From Wallemia ichthyophaga EXF-994 (lineage: Eukaryota > Fungi > Basidiomycota): DNA of 32,000 nucleotides. Location: the NCBI RefSeq assembly GCF_000400465.1, contig NW_008806283.1, positions 240,001-272,000 on the forward strand, given 5' to 3'. The translations under genes were made by a program, and so were the position numbers. How positions within the stretch are numbered: position 1 is the stretch's first letter; each line of letters begins with the position of its first letter. Shown here piece after piece: positions 30,101 through 32,000 of this stretch. The notes under the pieces are model-generated. The model was not told the DNA's origin and made no database searches. It worked only from the letters and a program-made list of their open reading frames with translations.

Positions 30101-32000
30101 AACTCTCTTGTAGAAAGTGAAGCGATGGTAACTGAGCGCTCGACAACAGGTGCAATGATTTCCTTAATAGCTCTATCAATAGCAATATGCATCATCCTCT
30201 GTAAATGTGCGTTATTTGCGAAGATTGGGTTCGATGAATCAAAGACCAAGTATTGTGAAATGTTTGGAACTGCAGCGATCAACTCTGGTGCAAGGTTTTG
30301 TTGAGTACGCTCTTCGTGTTGAAGTAATGGCGACTCTGGTGCAACATTTTGTTGGGCGTTTCCATTTGCTGCGATTTGTTGTTGTAATTGTAATTGTTGC
30401 TGTTGTTGTGCTGCGGCTGCTGCTTGCTGTTGCAACAAGGTTGCTTGGACACGATCGTTTGAAGCACCAGCCATCTGTAATCTTTCCAATTCTGATGTAA
30501 GGACATTTGCACCTGATGCACCTGGAGCTGTAGGTGCGTGGGGAGCGACATCCTTTGCTGGGCGATTTTTGACGACGTTCGTTGGCTCAATGTCCTTGAT
30601 CTCGATACCTAGACTCTTGCAAAGTACCTCGATCTCAAACTTTAAGTTCAATTTGAGGTCTGCAACGACGTAGAGTTCAACAAGGAGCTTGAGAACTGCC
30701 ATCAACCATGGATTTGGTGGCACAAAGACTCTGCTACGAGAACATTGCTCCAAGACTTTGCAAACGAATGGAATAGCGACAATTAACTTGTTTGTATCAA
30801 AGCCTTCCAATAATAACTCCTTAAATGAAATGTTACGATGGCGAATTGGCTTGTCTTTGGCAAGTGTCAAGCCACCCAACCACGAACCGAGGTTTTTCAA
30901 GTGCGAACGATCAGTGGAGTTGCTGACCGTCTTGTCTTCATTGAGAAGCTCACGAACTTTGATATAAGTCTCGCGAAGAACATGACGAACAAGCTCGCTT
31001 TCATTAATAGATTCCAGAAATTGCATGTAAAGGTTATGGTTGTTTGGCTCGATACTGACACGCTCCAGAACCAGATAGTGAGCGAACCATCTAGAGTATT
31101 CGGCCTTAAATCTTTCTCTCATCTCGCCCGACTTTGATGAAAAGTTGTTTGGAGCAAGATTGTTGACAATGAAAAGAATTCTGTCAGATGTCTCTTCATC
31201 TGGAACTGGGTAATCTTCGGCTTCATCGTGTCCCAAGTTGTCTGGCTTGACTGTGTTGAACGAAAGCTTGGAGGCTGGGGAGGAAATATCTAAACCACCA
31301 ATTGGGTTGCCACTTTGAGATCTTCTCACTTCATTGGAGTGCTCGACAGCTAATCTTAGGTAAAAGCCGAGGTCAGGGATTGTTTCGATTAGATGTCTGA
31401 TTGCTAGCAATGCTTGACAAACTTGAGGCCACTCTGGTAAACGTCTTTGGAATTGTGAGAGAGCCTGTACACCAAACCTAAATCTGTTGGTGTTTGGAAG
31501 CGACTGTAACGCCGTCAAGACATATCTAATAGCAATACCGAGTGGAATAAAGTCGATCACCTGAAATTGTATCAGTGAACCGAAGAGAATACCAGTAAGC
31601 GCCAATTCCGCTGCTGGGTATGTCTCATAATGCCTGTACTCCTCGAAAACGGTGTGAATCATGGCTGCAAACAACTCATGATCACGTGAATTGGTTGATT
31701 GCTTGCATTTCTCCAAGAAGACGATAACTTCATCCACACGCAGCTCGCCTGAGTACATACGATGGTAATAATCTTCCACTTGCCTGTCTAAGTCTGGAGA
31801 GAAGGTCGTAACTGATAATCCAGGCTCCTGTTCAGAGTGAGGGGTGAGGTTCATTAAGCGAGGCCAATATTGCAGGCAAAGGTTGCGAACTTCCTTGTAA
31901 TACTCAATGTCATCAGCCACTAATGGTAAGATTTCGGCGTTTGCACGTAAGACTCTTAAGAAAATGGCAACCGTTTGAACGTTGATATTAAGTTGATTGT
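27150..32000 (-). CDS. NOT1: CCR4-NOT scaffold subunit Not1 (5' part outside the window)
   Basis: The frame is open from the window edge. WFAHYLVLERVSIEPNNH, LKNLGSWLGGLTLAKDKPI, IPFVCKVLE, PNPWLMAVL, LKLNLKFEIEVLCK, FAHGWVSLISHR, ANQLRYPSSHT, PHPWGLLLTF. Introns 29728-29775, 28163-28209, 27482-27531. Confidence 0.96.

Noticed and set aside
610-31137. The many short antisense or alternate-frame ORFs in the track (e.g. 1595-1951, 7990-8508, 12933-13400, 16160-16615, 18089-18478, 23215-23592)
   Set aside because: They are shadows of real genes with biased codons or of simple repeats, with no recognisable motifs or independent splice or start context.

Overview
Eukaryotic (fungal, most likely basidiomycete) genomic DNA from a very compact genome. 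Most introns are 43-63 nt GT-AG with CTAAC/CTGAC/CTCAC branch sites, and several intergenic gaps are under 100 bp. This architecture is Wallemia-like, but that assignment is inference only. The window holds 17 protein-coding loci: striatin-like WD40 (5' partial), RPS7, BiP/KAR2, Hook/Hok1, a decayed secreted-protein-like locus, PCH2/TRIP13, a frameshifted GH16 glucanase, PP2A-B55/CDC55, Ima1-like, an orphan ~843-aa charged protein, 1-Cys peroxiredoxin, COQ10, an HxxxDG acyltransferase, a bZIP-DUF3425 factor, MCM2, NOP56 and NOT1 (5' partial). I rebuilt gene models by hand from splice signals, so several differ from the ORF track. I saw no tRNA, rRNA, CRISPR array or transposon. Best leads: (1) an intron-containing ~72-aa module duplicated in tandem in the orphan protein, with a 16-residue core that differs only at synonymous sites; (2) two head-to-head gene pairs whose start codons are only 23 and 49 bp apart, forcing promoters or 5' UTRs into the partner's coding sequence; (3) a frameshift pinned to about 10 nt in the GH16 gene, plus a second apparently decayed gene; (4) a structured intergenic segment that may be an ncRNA. 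Nothing here proves a new multi-gene system; these are leads to test.
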